DNA from: Balanoglossus misakiensis
Lineage: Eukaryota > Animalia > Hemichordata
Direction: 5' to 3'
Assembly (NCBI GenBank): GCA_040954595.2
Contig: CM082593.2
Location: 124,001-188,000, forward strand
DNA: 64,000 nucleotides
The notes below the pieces were generated by a model that saw only the letters and a list, made by a program, of their open reading frames with translations, was not told where the DNA came from and searched no databases. The translations under genes were made by a program, and so were the position numbers. This document shows positions 1 through 13,300 of this stretch, piece after piece (the stretch's first letter is position 1; the number at the start of each line of letters is the position of its first letter).

Positions 1-183
1 ATAGTTTGACAATGTACAACCATTGTTTTGTGGGGTAATATTGAGAACTTTAAAGGGTGGTAAAACGGGAGGTAAAATCTTCAGTGGACAAGAAATTAAA
101 ATGTGAATCATGTCACCAAAAGAAATATCTAAAATAATTTTTGATCACATTCACAGGCATATACAGATAATGACGGTTATGAT

Positions 184-224
184 TGTGGTGGTGGTGGTGG
201 TGGTGGTGGTGGTGGTGGTGGTGT

Positions 225-315
<91 letters not shown>
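184..315. repeat. Compound trinucleotide microsatellite (GTG)n(ATG)n, probably intronic in the Slo1 gene
   Basis: Directly visible run of GTG units followed by a longer GAT/ATG run; explains the poly-V/M and poly-I/T ORFs at 110-447. Confidence 0.97.
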
Positions 316-1330
316 AGAAATAGTCATGATTACAGTTTTATTCTGGTGATGGTGAACTTGGAATATTTCCATAAAGTGCCATAAAAATAATGAGAAATAA
401 TAATCATGAAAATAATTGAAAATATAGCCATAAATAAAGCATAGCAAATGAGTTCAAAATCATGAACTTGACCATTAAAAAATCATGCAGTCATTTGTCA
501 ATAAGGACAATTAAAGTCTCTGATACACAAAAAAAAAAATGAATGGGCTGGTGATAAACACATACCTATTCCGACTACTATAGGGGTGTTAATTTGCAAG
601 CAGTAAAAAATGAATGATTGACATTGGTTGATTAGAACGTGTTACTGTAGATGAAACATGGAAGTTAGTCTTTGGGTGAGGATATAAGCAGGTTATGCAG
701 TGGCTGCAGTGATTACTGAAATTAAACCACAAAAGCATAAACTTTGTGCGATGTTTGCCGAGGTGAAAACTATTCACACTAGAATTATATACAACATCTA
801 GCAGTAAACAGACAAGTAACAAGTTTACTTCAAATTATAGATCTATAGGCCTGTGGAATCTGGTTGAACGAGCGGTACATCTCCGCTGCGATACTTTGCG
901 CATTATTAAAAAGATAACTGCTTCAGAATTAAATGGGGCACTTCTCTTGAGACTGAGACAAACTTGACAGCAGAACTAAAAAGTTGAGTTGTGACAACTG
1001 CCGATTCAGCATATTTCAGTAAGTAGAATGTAAATAACAAGAAACTAAAACAACCAAAATAATGTCAAAGGTGAACCAACTTTGCCCCTTTAATACAAAG
1101 TGGGATTAGAATGGAAAGAGAGTTGATGCTGTTCACTGTAGATTGGATAGCATTACAATCCTCTTCATAGTACTGGTGCAAAGGCACTGATAAGAACCAT
1201 CAAAATGTCCATACACAAATATGTAATTGGGCATGTAACGCATCTCTTCAAGGCAAGAAAAGCATCAAACCTAGTGCATATGCAGAATCTTTTTAAGCAC
1301 ATAACAAACTGAAACACATTGGTAACTTAC

Positions 1331-4300
1331 GTGCTGTCTTTGCTGTCCATCCCAATTTCTACAGCAACGAGCAATAATTTCAGCTTTGTGAAACAGAATC
1401 TGCAGAAAATAAAACATTCAGAGGTTATATAAAGCAATCTTTTGACATAACAATCTGATTAAAGTTTGCTAAAATAATCTGTTTGGTTCGTATTGCATGG
1501 TAAATCAGTCCTATACACTTGTAGTATGCATGAATACAGCCTGAAAGTGTAGAAATATTCAAATTTGAAAAATAGCATGATTTGATGTGAGGCAGCGTCA
1601 AAAAATAGCTGTGATAACTGTTCTAAATGTTGTACTTTTTCTTGCGTAATAAGTATTTGAGTTGACTGGAATCTAATTAAATTTACAATGGAATGATTGA
1701 TGTAATCACGATGATCATGGTATCAAGGTTAGTAATAATTCCTGCCAGAGAAGCCATGACCAACTGAGGTTTCATGACTCGTTCTCTTATTTAAACGTTA
1801 ATGCTCCGCTGTAATTGTTCTAGTGAGAAACCAACTTATGTTCCCACAAATATTTTACTTACTCTGACACATCTGTGAAAGACATTCCATTGAATGCAGG
1901 TGATAGGTATTCTGTGTACATTTCATTTCCACAACCAGCTAAGTAATGTTTTTGCCAAGTGTCCTTATTTATCTGCAAATTTTCACAAAATGATTACGGA
2001 AAAAAAATCAGTGGTAGACACAAAAATAGAAATTGCAGCCACACTGTAACAACATTACAGTACAGGAAAGTATGGGAGATGCCGTGTATGGGTTGAATGA
2101 CAAACAAATTGAAAACAAAATGGTGACAAGTATTTACTGAATGACTTGGTAAAGAAGATTTGTTTGTCAACAATGAACTTCAGTGGTTCAGTAAGTATAG
2201 TGGTAGTCAATAACAAGATGAGTGTGTATGCTTTTGTTCATTGTTATTGTTGTGCATGTATAGGCACGCATATTCAGCATGTGACACAAAGCTTGACACA
2301 AGCAATGTAACCTGATTCCTCAAATGATTGGGCTTGTAATACACAGTGCTTTCAATTCGAGATGCAAGCGACAAAAATCTTCAGCTGCTAAGCAGTTAAT
2401 GTCCAAAGTGATTTGTTCTTGTGTGTCATTCCAAGATTTAAAAGTGACAGGTTGAAGGTGGTAGAGGTCAAAGCGTTGGCAAACATCAGTGACTACATAT
2501 CCATTCAGAGCCAAGATAATGGTTAGTACAACTGTGCAGGTCATCAAGGTATTGTCTACAAGCAGGTGTACATACTCATCATCTAATAATCAGGAAATTT
2601 AGTTAGTTACCATTACAATATACACCATGCTGTTATTCATATTTTCCAATAAAAATCTAAAATCTATCAATGTTAGTATGTAAAAAATACTATTGCTTTT
2701 GAGGGTTTCTTCATCTTCTAATTATTTGCATTCTTAGAGGAGAGACATTGTCAGTAGCAAATACTTTTTATTTTATGCAGGTATGAACAGACAGTGGCAT
2801 TATCCGTATCTAGTTTAGCAGTTGAAATATTCATCCTCTGATTAACCCTTGTATGGTAGCTTTATCCAGGCGTGGGAAACAATTAACACCAGAAACAATT
2901 CTCTGATCAAGTGAGCTCCACATTAATGAATTATCATTTTATATGGTAGCTACATGAACTACAAATAAATCTAATCTAATTTTATATTCAAATGGAATCT
3001 TCTATACAGTTTACAATACTCAATCACTAACCCATTTCACCGATTTTGACTGGCAGTCCTTAATAATTGTTGGTTAAATGTTGTCAATATTTTCAGTCTT
3101 TGCTGGAGCTTATTAAAGGTAAATGCAACAAAAAATTTTTGCGTTTGACACATTCAAACAGTGGACTGCCTTCACTTCCTTCCATATTTTGGGTGCACAG
3201 TATAAGTAGACTTTAGTTTTTTCCCTTCTTCGTCCCTTCTTCTAACTTTTCCCAATCTTAGACATAAACTACGGTCGCCACCATCTTGTCTGTTGTTAGG
3301 ACAGCACACTGCCTTATGGCATTGACTGTATACAATCTTGTAATGCTCGTAAGACTATTGTCACCCTTTAATAAGCATCGTGCCAGAAATATTGCTTGTA
3401 AAGTTGACAACATGTGCTATCCCACAGATAGGGAAATGCCACTGTGTGATCAACACTGACAATGATAAGAAATTATACATCTATAATTAATACACATTAA
3501 AAAAATCTATGTAAAGTTGCAGCGCATACTGATATGATACCAAAAAATAAAATAAAAAGCGCAATTCACACAATATTAGAACAGAAGGCAGAGAATTACT
3601 AAAGGCAACAGAAAACCATGCAAGAAATAAATGAGAGCAGATAAGATGGGGTCAGTGAAAGGTCAGTTGTGGAAGAGTAAAGAATGATTTTTTTTCAATG
3701 ATACACAATGGGATTATGGGAAATTTTTGATGTAGAATGGGTTTTTATAGACAGGTGTTTGGATTATTTTCTAAAAACATGGTTTTCATGAACACATCAA
3801 CATACTAGCTATCAGGGTGTGGGTAACTTAATGCTTGATGAGGGACTGTTAACGTTTCATTGTTCTCATTCTTACATCAATAATTGCGGATTACAGAGGG
3901 CCTGAGAGAGGTTGGGAGAGCACAAAAATTTGGGTGACACTATATACAAACAGTGTAATTATTAATATACAAAAGTGGATTTTGCTTTCTAGTGTGACAT
4001 GCATACACTTTTGATTGTTCTTTTGTTCTCTACACTGTGTAATTGATATGGAACATGACTACACTAACAGAAATGATATGTGAAATTTATACTAAACTGC
4101 AATCATCAATGATTAACTATCTGACAAATTTACACCACATAGATCAAATCTATAATGCTAAATAAAACATCTTAAGAAATATCCTTCTTTCTGACTGCAA
4201 TAATATTTAGCCATGCTTTCAAACTGATCTGCTACTTATTGTTAAAGTCTCTCATTCAATCTCTTTGGAACAAAATTGCAGAAAATAAGGCCCATAATAC

Positions 4301-7300
4301 ACATTCCAGAATTAAACATTATTTATATGGTGTCAAAATTGCAGTCTGTTATACACAAACACTTCAAAATTATTATGATTTTAAAAATACCAACAAGACT
4401 TTTCAAAGTCTTAAAAAAAATGGTTACTTAATGAGAGACATTAACACGTCTAACCTCTTTGATTCTAATGCTTACTTTTCCAAGTAACTTGGCCTTAACC
4501 TTGCTGCTCATAACTCGAAAACTTTTTCCCAAAGTTTTGGTCGATCTGCCTGAATTCCTCTCCACTTTCTTATCCTTTTCCTGTCTTTCCTTGTCTATTT
4601 CCTGGTTGTTTTCTGCCGAGTACTGACTACACCTTTCTTCCATGCACACACTAGATGATGTTTCTGATAGGTCCAGTGAGTCTGACAGAGATGTCTGTGT
4701 CCCTAAAGTAGCTAGCTTTGCTGGTGGGGAACTCAGCTTGTCCTGACTCTGAAACTCAATGTTCTCCTCTTCAAGTGTGTTCATTTGAATCTCATCTACA
4801 ATACTTAAATTGGAATCAGGTGCTATGTCTGGCTTTGGTTCATCATCATCTCTTTCCTCAAACTGTAAGCAGGTAAAATAGACTAATCAGAATTACTGAC
4901 TGCTCCCTACATGTAATTCCCTAAGCTACTACAGACTCTCTATTGCAACAGCTATACAACTGCTACGCAGGTTTCCCAGGGTTTTGCCATTAATATCTAG
5001 GGCTGGCTGAGAATGAGATGCTTTGAGAGAACATGTGTTTTTGGGAAAAAACTCACATATCAGTCAGATTTGGACATCTTGTAAACTGATACACAATAAA
5101 CATCTGCAGTCAATTCCAGTTGGACAGGACATTGAGAAGATAAAGTTGGAAAGCTTTTACACATGCTGTCAGTATTAGTATTAAAAATATTTTCTTGTAT
5201 TCATATACAGTCACAACTTTTTATTTGACATTTTCAGAAAAATGTTACGTTTTATTTCATAGAATTAAATTTAACAAATTTCGTGCATAATTTTGTAACG
5301 TAATTGTTTGATGTGTTGGCATCTCACAGTCAACCATCCTTAGAATATAATTTGGTTATGTGGTGCCCCTTAAGCATGTCAACTACTACAGTTGATGCAT
5401 TCCATGGAGGATCTTTTGGGGACAAACCTGTTTTCCTTTCCCATTGCTTGGTTCAGCTTCTTCGGCCTTCATGATGGGGGACAGAAAAGCAGTTAGAGTT
5501 ACTCAGAAAAAAGGGCAAACACAGCTGCGTTTGAAAATAAAAGAAAGTTAGGCAAGTAATGAAAAGAAGCCCAGAGAATATAAAAGAAGTCATAACTACA
5601 GTTACTGATATTTTTTTCCTTTGGACATCAAATCTTAGAAGATTATCGTTAGAATATGTGTTCTGAAATTAGAATGGTGGTACATGTACCATTAGCTGAA
5701 TGAGTTGGCTTACATCAGATTTCATACACCATTAGTAAATAAAATAACTGAAAAACAGACCATTGATCAATCCAATGATAAATCAAGACTACACATCCAG
5801 CATTTCAAAAGAATATATGACAAAAAGAAAAAAAAATCACAAAATATATTCAGAGATGTTTTTATAAACTGATATAAAAATGACACAGTCAATTCTCAAA
5901 TTAACATTGAGTAAAACAGTGTTTTATATTGGATAAAAAAAGACATGGTTTTGGCAATATTTTGGGTTGTTTTGAAGCTGCAAAAAGAAAGTAAGGATTA
6001 AAGTTTAATAAGAAAAAATGAACAACTTGCAAAGGGGAAATGGGGAAAATAATAATAATGGGGAATGCTGAGGAACCAGCATAGGAACAGGGAATTGTTT
6101 TGGGTCTTTTGTAAAACAAAAGTACAAAATTGGCAGAAGTTAAATTACAACATCCTCTTGAAACTCTTGAAAGGTTGAAGAAGAAAAATTGTTAGGTTCT
6201 TGCTGAGTTTCTCACCTCACTGTTTGACCTCATGGCAAACAAATTGGCCATAATGGTAGAAAAGCCCGGAGCCAGACAACTTTGAGCGATCAAGCCAAGT
6301 TTCAACTCTGCAATACAGATCACATCATCACCTTCACGCCAATTCCAACTTGGAATATTCAGGAGATATGCCTGTGAAAATGTAGATATAAACCAAACAA
6401 TGATTTCAACAAACCAACATTTTTGTGTAAGAATGCTATCGACATAGACGAGTATGCTTTCAGATTATTTGACACATTTTCTATAATAATTATCATTATT
6501 ACAGAAAAGAAACAGCCATGAAAGGCGGAAAACTTCACATACTGCATGGCAGAATATTTTGATGCCAGTAATCCAGTTTTGGTGTTTATTGAGTTATATA
6601 AGTTGATCGACTGACTGAACATACTAATAAGATTTTTCACCTTGTTATGGTATTGTAGGAGTTGTACTATGGTTCGTATTTTCGGATGGTAATTTTTGAT
6701 GGAAATTACTCTCATGATATTGGCAGCATCCTCTTGATCAGGATCATCACAGTACTTGTTAGCAAGTACTAAGCATGCATCTGCATTCTTTAGCTGCAAA
6801 AAAAAGTTAACTGCTGTTACCTAATGGAGTTCTGTCATAAAATAATTTCCAGCATCAGAATTGAATACAATTGTATGGAACCCAATTCATTGTCATTGAC
6901 TTGACAAATATTATGTAAAGCATCACTAAACTAAGCTCTTGGGTTCTGGTGTAAATAAGCTTAACTGGATTGTAAAGTTACCTAACATGGATATTACTAT
7001 TGAAATCAGTACAATGCTTTTTGTGAACAAAGCAGAATGTAAAAATCACATAGGGACTTACCCTAACTCTTTCCAGATCTGTGGAATCTAAGACAGAACC
7101 TTGGAAGAACTGTAAGTGTGTAAAATGCCTCTTGAAAAAAGCCTCCAAGGCAAGGTCTGGTTCAGCACTGAAACATGAAAATTATTACAATATATACTCA
7201 TTCTGATTTTAAGACATCTCTGCCATAATGTCAATGCTGAATTTCTTTAAGTCCTTTTCACTACAATCTATTTTTTCCTACTTTGTGTTGTACTCAGAGA

Positions 7301-10300
7301 ATGTATTTCAAGGTACTCTTACACACACTGTGACAGGCGCGCCTGTTTAACGTAAGCTTATTTATCAATACATCTGACTTTATGTAAAATACTTACTTGT
7401 GAAGAAGTATAACTTCCACATTGACATCATCTCTGTCTTTATGAAGGAAATCTTTGATGAAGTTTGACACAGATTCATAGGTGATATGACCACATAATAC
7501 CACATGTCTGCAAAGAAGAGTGTGGAAAATATTTGTATTGTAGAGTCAAGATTGCTTCAATCTGTGATTTCTATATCACCACCCTACCATACACTCAGCT
7601 GGCTGTCTAGGCATAATGTCAACCCCAAATCAAGTGAATCCTGATTGCTTGCAATAAGAATCTGTTGCTGGACACAACTCTGACAGACTGCATCGAGTCG
7701 TAAGAAGAAAGAGCACACAGCACCCTCGAGCATCATAACTTCATGTAATCAATAATAACATAACTATAATAACATAACTTAGTCAAATAATTCTTACTTT
7801 TTCCCACTTTCTCCACTGTATGACCCACCATATTTTCTTCTCCCACCAATCAGCTCCATAATTTCTGGGACATAGCTTGCAAACATGGCCTATTGTTGGA
7901 AGAAGTAAATGTAAAGTCTACCACTTTTTGCAAATGAAGGTAAATATCTATTTTGACATATACCACTAGTCCAGACTGCTCTGCATCAGTGACAGAGGAG
8001 CTCACAAGTGTTCAACAAATGTGTCCTTTGTTAAATTTTCAAATAATAGTTGTTAAAGAATTGGTTGATTATTATTTTTCTAATTTTTCCACCAAGTAGG
8101 TCTCTAGATAATAAAAATCACAGAAAGCCAACATCAACCAGAAATCTAATCAAGAAATATAGTAACTGAATCTTACCAAAGCACCCATAATGAAGAAAGT
8201 CATAAATATTCTACCCATCGTGGTTTCTGCGTAAACGTCACCATAACCAACAGTTGACATGGTAACCATTAGTAAATAGACACATAGCCAATAGGTCATA
8301 TGCTGAGCATTGGCAAACTGTTCCCAGGGATCTCCTGAGTTTTCAACCTAGAAAAGATCACGAAAACTTAGCAGTACTTGACTCCATGTCCATTGTCCAA
8401 TTTCTATCTATTTTCGTATTAAACATACCTTATCTAATACTCTCAATTTGCCATTTCATTAATGCTGATTAATTTTCAATTTATCTAATAACAAACAAAT
8501 TTGTAAAACTGTTAAAATTTGTTTAACATAAGTTAGTAAAAGCCAGGGTTTTTCATTATCAATGGGTTTTTTTCTGTACAACCACAATTATAATTCTATA
8601 CATACCAAATGTATAAAACCTGCAGCAGTTAGCCAGATACTGACCAATGTGCAGCACAAGTTGGCTAATTTTATTGAGTTGCTTGTCTTTAAGATGGTAA
8701 GAAACTGCATAATTTCTGGCAGCTGCATTAGCCTTAATGCTCTCAAGAATCTGAGGCCTGTAAGGAAAAAATCAATTTGTCAAAAATTAAAGAAAACTAA
8801 TGATCCTGACACTATGCAGACATTTTGAAAAGGAAAAGGGGAAAAGATTATTGTGTGGTGTGATTCAGTACAAGCAGGTACCTGTAATGCATTTCTTTGT
8901 GGGTAATATGATTTCTTATTGTATACCTCATTTGTGTGTCTTTGTTAAACTCTACAGGGGAAAAAGTGTCAGAAAAGTTGTCATTACCTGGTATACTTCA
9001 CTGACTTTCAGTGCAAGCTTGAAGAGACAGCCAACATATTTTACATGTCTTGAATGCAATGATTTTACATGAACATTGAGGCTTGTAATAAACAACACAA
9101 ACCTGTGATGTGCGACTTACCTAGCCAATGCCTCTGAAGATAAATGGACACAAAAATTGGCGGAATGGTAAAGAAATCTACCAGAGAGTTTAATTCTAAC
9201 CAAAACCATAATCTGTCTGTTGCTGCAATGAACTGAAAAAAAAATGAAATCAACATATAAGTTTTAGTGGACATTCTAGACTCTAGGTTATATTGTATTG
9301 AAGATTAGCATGGCTATACTACTATTTTACTATGTTTATTGTCATACAGTGTAACTGAAACAGGGGACTGTCAGAAGTCCACCACATTTTCACACAACAC
9401 ATTTTCTAAAAATTGTGCCTCAGTACTTTTGGGATGTTAAGTACATACAGTTTATACTTGGTCTAATACATTGTAAGAGGAAGGAGTACGTATGCATCAG
9501 GTAATGTGACTTACCCGTAGACCAAAATAAAGCAAAAATACCAAATTAAAACCAAGATCAATCTGCCACACAATATCTTCTGCAAGATTAAAGCATCTTT
9601 CTATTGGTCTGTGAAGTAGAAAACATGGCATAATATTATTCAACAATATATACATAAGTTGTTGCTTTAATTTCAGATTTCAAAAGTGGATAAAATGCAA
9701 GTATATCAGATTTACTTCGGTAAGTCCTACTGAAGTTGGTGCGGCAAGACATTTGTGTGAGGTGAGATATTTAAGTCACTGACAACGCACAACGCATAAC
9801 CCAAGAAACCAACATATATCTATCAACAGCATACTGTTAAGGAGTTCCTTTCCAGACATAAGTACATTTAGGAACAGAACAATCATAGCCTAATAGATAC
9901 CAGACCTGAAGTAGTGTGTCAGTCCAAGGTTGCCTGTTACGTGATTTAACCCTTTCACCCCAAGTTCCCTCCATAGAGTTCCAATGGGTTTGGTCTGAAC
10001 CATGGTGGTGAAAGGGTTAATAGCCTAATGTAACCAATGTGCCAACAAAGAGCTAGATCTTATGTAAGCACAGTTAACGGAGAGTCAGAACTGTGACTAA
10101 GGTTTTCCTTAAATGGACACAGTCTCTCACTTTTGTGACTTTATTTTGGTTCATTTTGATAGTTTATTTTTGTTGTTTAACTCACAGAAATATTACCGCA
10201 ATGACCTGCTTTTCCAACTCAGCTCACAGCAAAACATTATCATGATACTAACATTAACAATGTTTGGTAATGTATCGACCAAAAAGGTTGCAAGACAAGT

Positions 10301-13300
10301 ATTCTATAAGAAACTGCACATAAATTTACTCTTTCAGGTGATGACTGACTTATAAAGTGAGTTCTAACCTGGACAATTTGCAGTTCTGCAGCTTGATACA
10401 TAGATGCCCTTCCTATGTGAGTGAGTGACTAACATGTTTTATCACAAAAATCAAGAGGTTATGCACAGGACAATCTCTCAATTGGTGAAACTGAAAATAT
10501 CTTGCTTTGATTGACTGAGAGGAAAGCAAGGGTTTTATCAAATGAAACTGTTCACCAATCAGACTTTATGTACCGACAAACCTTATGGTCATTTTAAAAC
10601 ATTCACTGTTGGTAGCAATTGTAATTGGACAAAATGACATCGTTTTATAGATACTTACTCAGATGTCTGGTAAATGTAGATAATGACTGACCCAACACTC
10701 AGCAAGAATATCACCAGAACCTACAGTTCAACGAGTGGATACACACAAGAAAAAAAAAGAAAGAGAAAAAAGAACACTAAAATCTAGAACAATCATGCAT
10801 ATATACCAGAAACATGCAAATTAATCCACAAACTATACAAGGACCACTGCACCATAGGAACGTGATCACCACCAGGGAGTACTAAGGGGCATTGTGCATG
10901 TGTACATCAGCAGCAATGATTGGCATATACTTACAGGTCTGATTCAACCAAATAGAATACAAAAGATGTTAAGCTTAGTGATAAGCAAACAACCACCTGG
11001 CAGATGCATAGTTGGGGCAGATGAAGTAAAAAGAGAAAACTACATTAGTAAATAATCAGATAAAATGACAAGTTGCTTCCATATTTTGCTTAAAATGAAA
11101 TCTTACATTTGAACAGGAAGCAGCTGAAAATGTGGCCTAGTTTATCATCTCTATTTCAAATTTCTTTTTAAATTAATGTTAGGATATACTGGTTGTTAAT
11201 TGCCAGTTGATATTTACCAAAAAAATTCACAATACAGTAACTATGATAACTTTGAGGACTTGTAAGGCTTCCGTTCCTCGGCAGGGTTTCCTTGGGGTTG
11301 ACCGCTTCCATTTTAATACCAGGTTGATTACATATATATGTGTTGAACACACATACACAGGATATTAACTCAACTTGAAGTGAATTTAGGCTTTCTGTGG
11401 TGTCCTAGCAATGGCAATAATCACCAACCACTCATCAGGAAGTGATCTCTCCACACATCATGAATATGTTTTTGTGACGTCAATGCTACAATGTTTTATT
11501 AAGATTCTGTTCTGTTTTTAACTCGGATCTCAATAGATGGTTACACATTGCAGTTATTATGGCTTAGCATCATTGGTCTGAACTCATGCTACAGTCACTG
11601 TTGAGGAAACTCCCTATGATTAAAAACTGGCCATTGCCTATAAAACGGTGTCACAACAAGCTTAGTAGAAGCATCTCTTCCAAGGGAGTGTGAAAAAATA
11701 GCTACCATAGATACATGTACTGTATTGGTCATGTCTCATAGTGCTGCCTCATATTTAGCCAGTACACGTTACAATTATCGTAATGTCGCAGATACACTGA
11801 TCTCAGGTTGAGTTGTGTATGACTTGATCACTATTTTATAATAACCACATATTCATCAATTATACCTCTATAACTATTTTGTCTTTATGAAATATGACCA
11901 ATGTGTTATCAATTTGTGTTCTGCTGTGGTACAAAGTGTATCCGAAATATAAAACCTTATCACCAAGAGTTTCGATTCTGTAGTTTGTCTTGGAGCGATT
12001 AAAAAAGTAATTCAACAGAGCAGGAAGAATAGAACCTGTTTCCTAGCAACTAATGGGATATTTCAAGGTGTAACTTTCCAGATATTTTGTAATAATTTGG
12101 TTACTGGTACTCATGAAAGTAAACCAAGCTTTTCATAAGTTTTTTAACACTGCAGGGAACTGCCTCTATGCCATTGGAACATAGAAAGCCTTTTGACTTC
12201 AATTTTTATTATTGAATTTCACAATTTATACCACCTGCAGCATAAAAATAATGCGCTACTACATTTTTATCCTTGTTTTTGCCATTGAAATTGTAAATGA
12301 AAGAAAGACCTTTGTTTTTGACAACTGATGGGTTTTTCCATTGGTTTGTTGATTCTGCTTAATTTGGGGAAGCGTAATGAAAATCTCAAGCAGAGAAAAA
12401 ATAGCACCATCAAAGACACTGTAATCTGTAAACCCTTTTGATCAGGACTGGTACATTCAAATGTGCATTATACCATGTCAGTTAAATATATGGTCTCATG
12501 TTGATCACTTTCAATCACACACCCTTTCCATAAAAGCATTTCTTTCCCATTAGCAGTCCTTTACCTTTCACTTTCCAATTGTAAAGTCCTGCAATTTCTA
12601 AAAAAATCATTACTGTTGAAATGAATGTCAGTGCATTCTGTTCATTTTACAAAAGCATGAATCACAAAAGAATCAAACTTTACCAAGGTGAAAAAGATAT
12701 AAATATTCTTTGCACAAATGAGCAATTACTCGTACCAATGTTCATATTGTTTCTCATGGGAAGTGGCTCCAAGGCAACCACCAAATTTCAATAGATAGCT
12801 TACTTTGAGATTGAAAGGAGAGTGTACAACAACAAACATAATTATACTGTATTTGGAACTATCAAATCAATACGCACCAAGATTTTTTTATACAAAAGAG
12901 AATACTATTTGATCAGTAAATTTAAAGAAACCATACACTTTCAATGCAGTTATTAAGCTATGATTTTATCGATAGATTGCCATATATATATGAACATGAA
13001 TGGTTAAAACACACCACCTCTGAGATTTTTGACACTGAATGTTTCTTTTTCAATTGCAAGCACTGAAGCAGCAAGTGATAAAGTTTTCATGCTGACAAAA
13101 CCAAACTGGAATTTTGATTAATTTCACCCATACATGTTGTATTTTGGCACCCACGGTAATACAGCCGAAGGGATTGTTAATATACAAAATGTACAATTAT
13201 ATATTATGTACTCTGATTAGAATGTGGATTTGTAAGCTTATATAATGGACTTCATTAACATACACATGTTCATTTAATTCTAGTTTATAATTAAGCAATA

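Noticed and set aside
110-447. Poly-V/M and poly-I/T ORFs
   Set aside because: Translations of the trinucleotide microsatellite; no domain or fitting splice structure.
830-955. Possible next Slo1 exon after 1331
   Set aside because: The phase-compatible frame does not resemble the expected ILINPG...GFFIA sequence and hits a stop.
2320-2547. 75-aa minus-strand ORF with a hydrophobic start inside the Slo1 intron
   Set aside because: No phase-0 acceptor and donor pair gives an open cassette, and no recognisable motif.
6211-6220. Tandem GTGAG donors 5 nt apart at the end of a Slo1 exon
   Set aside because: The alternative donor would shift the frame; nothing in the sequence shows it is used.
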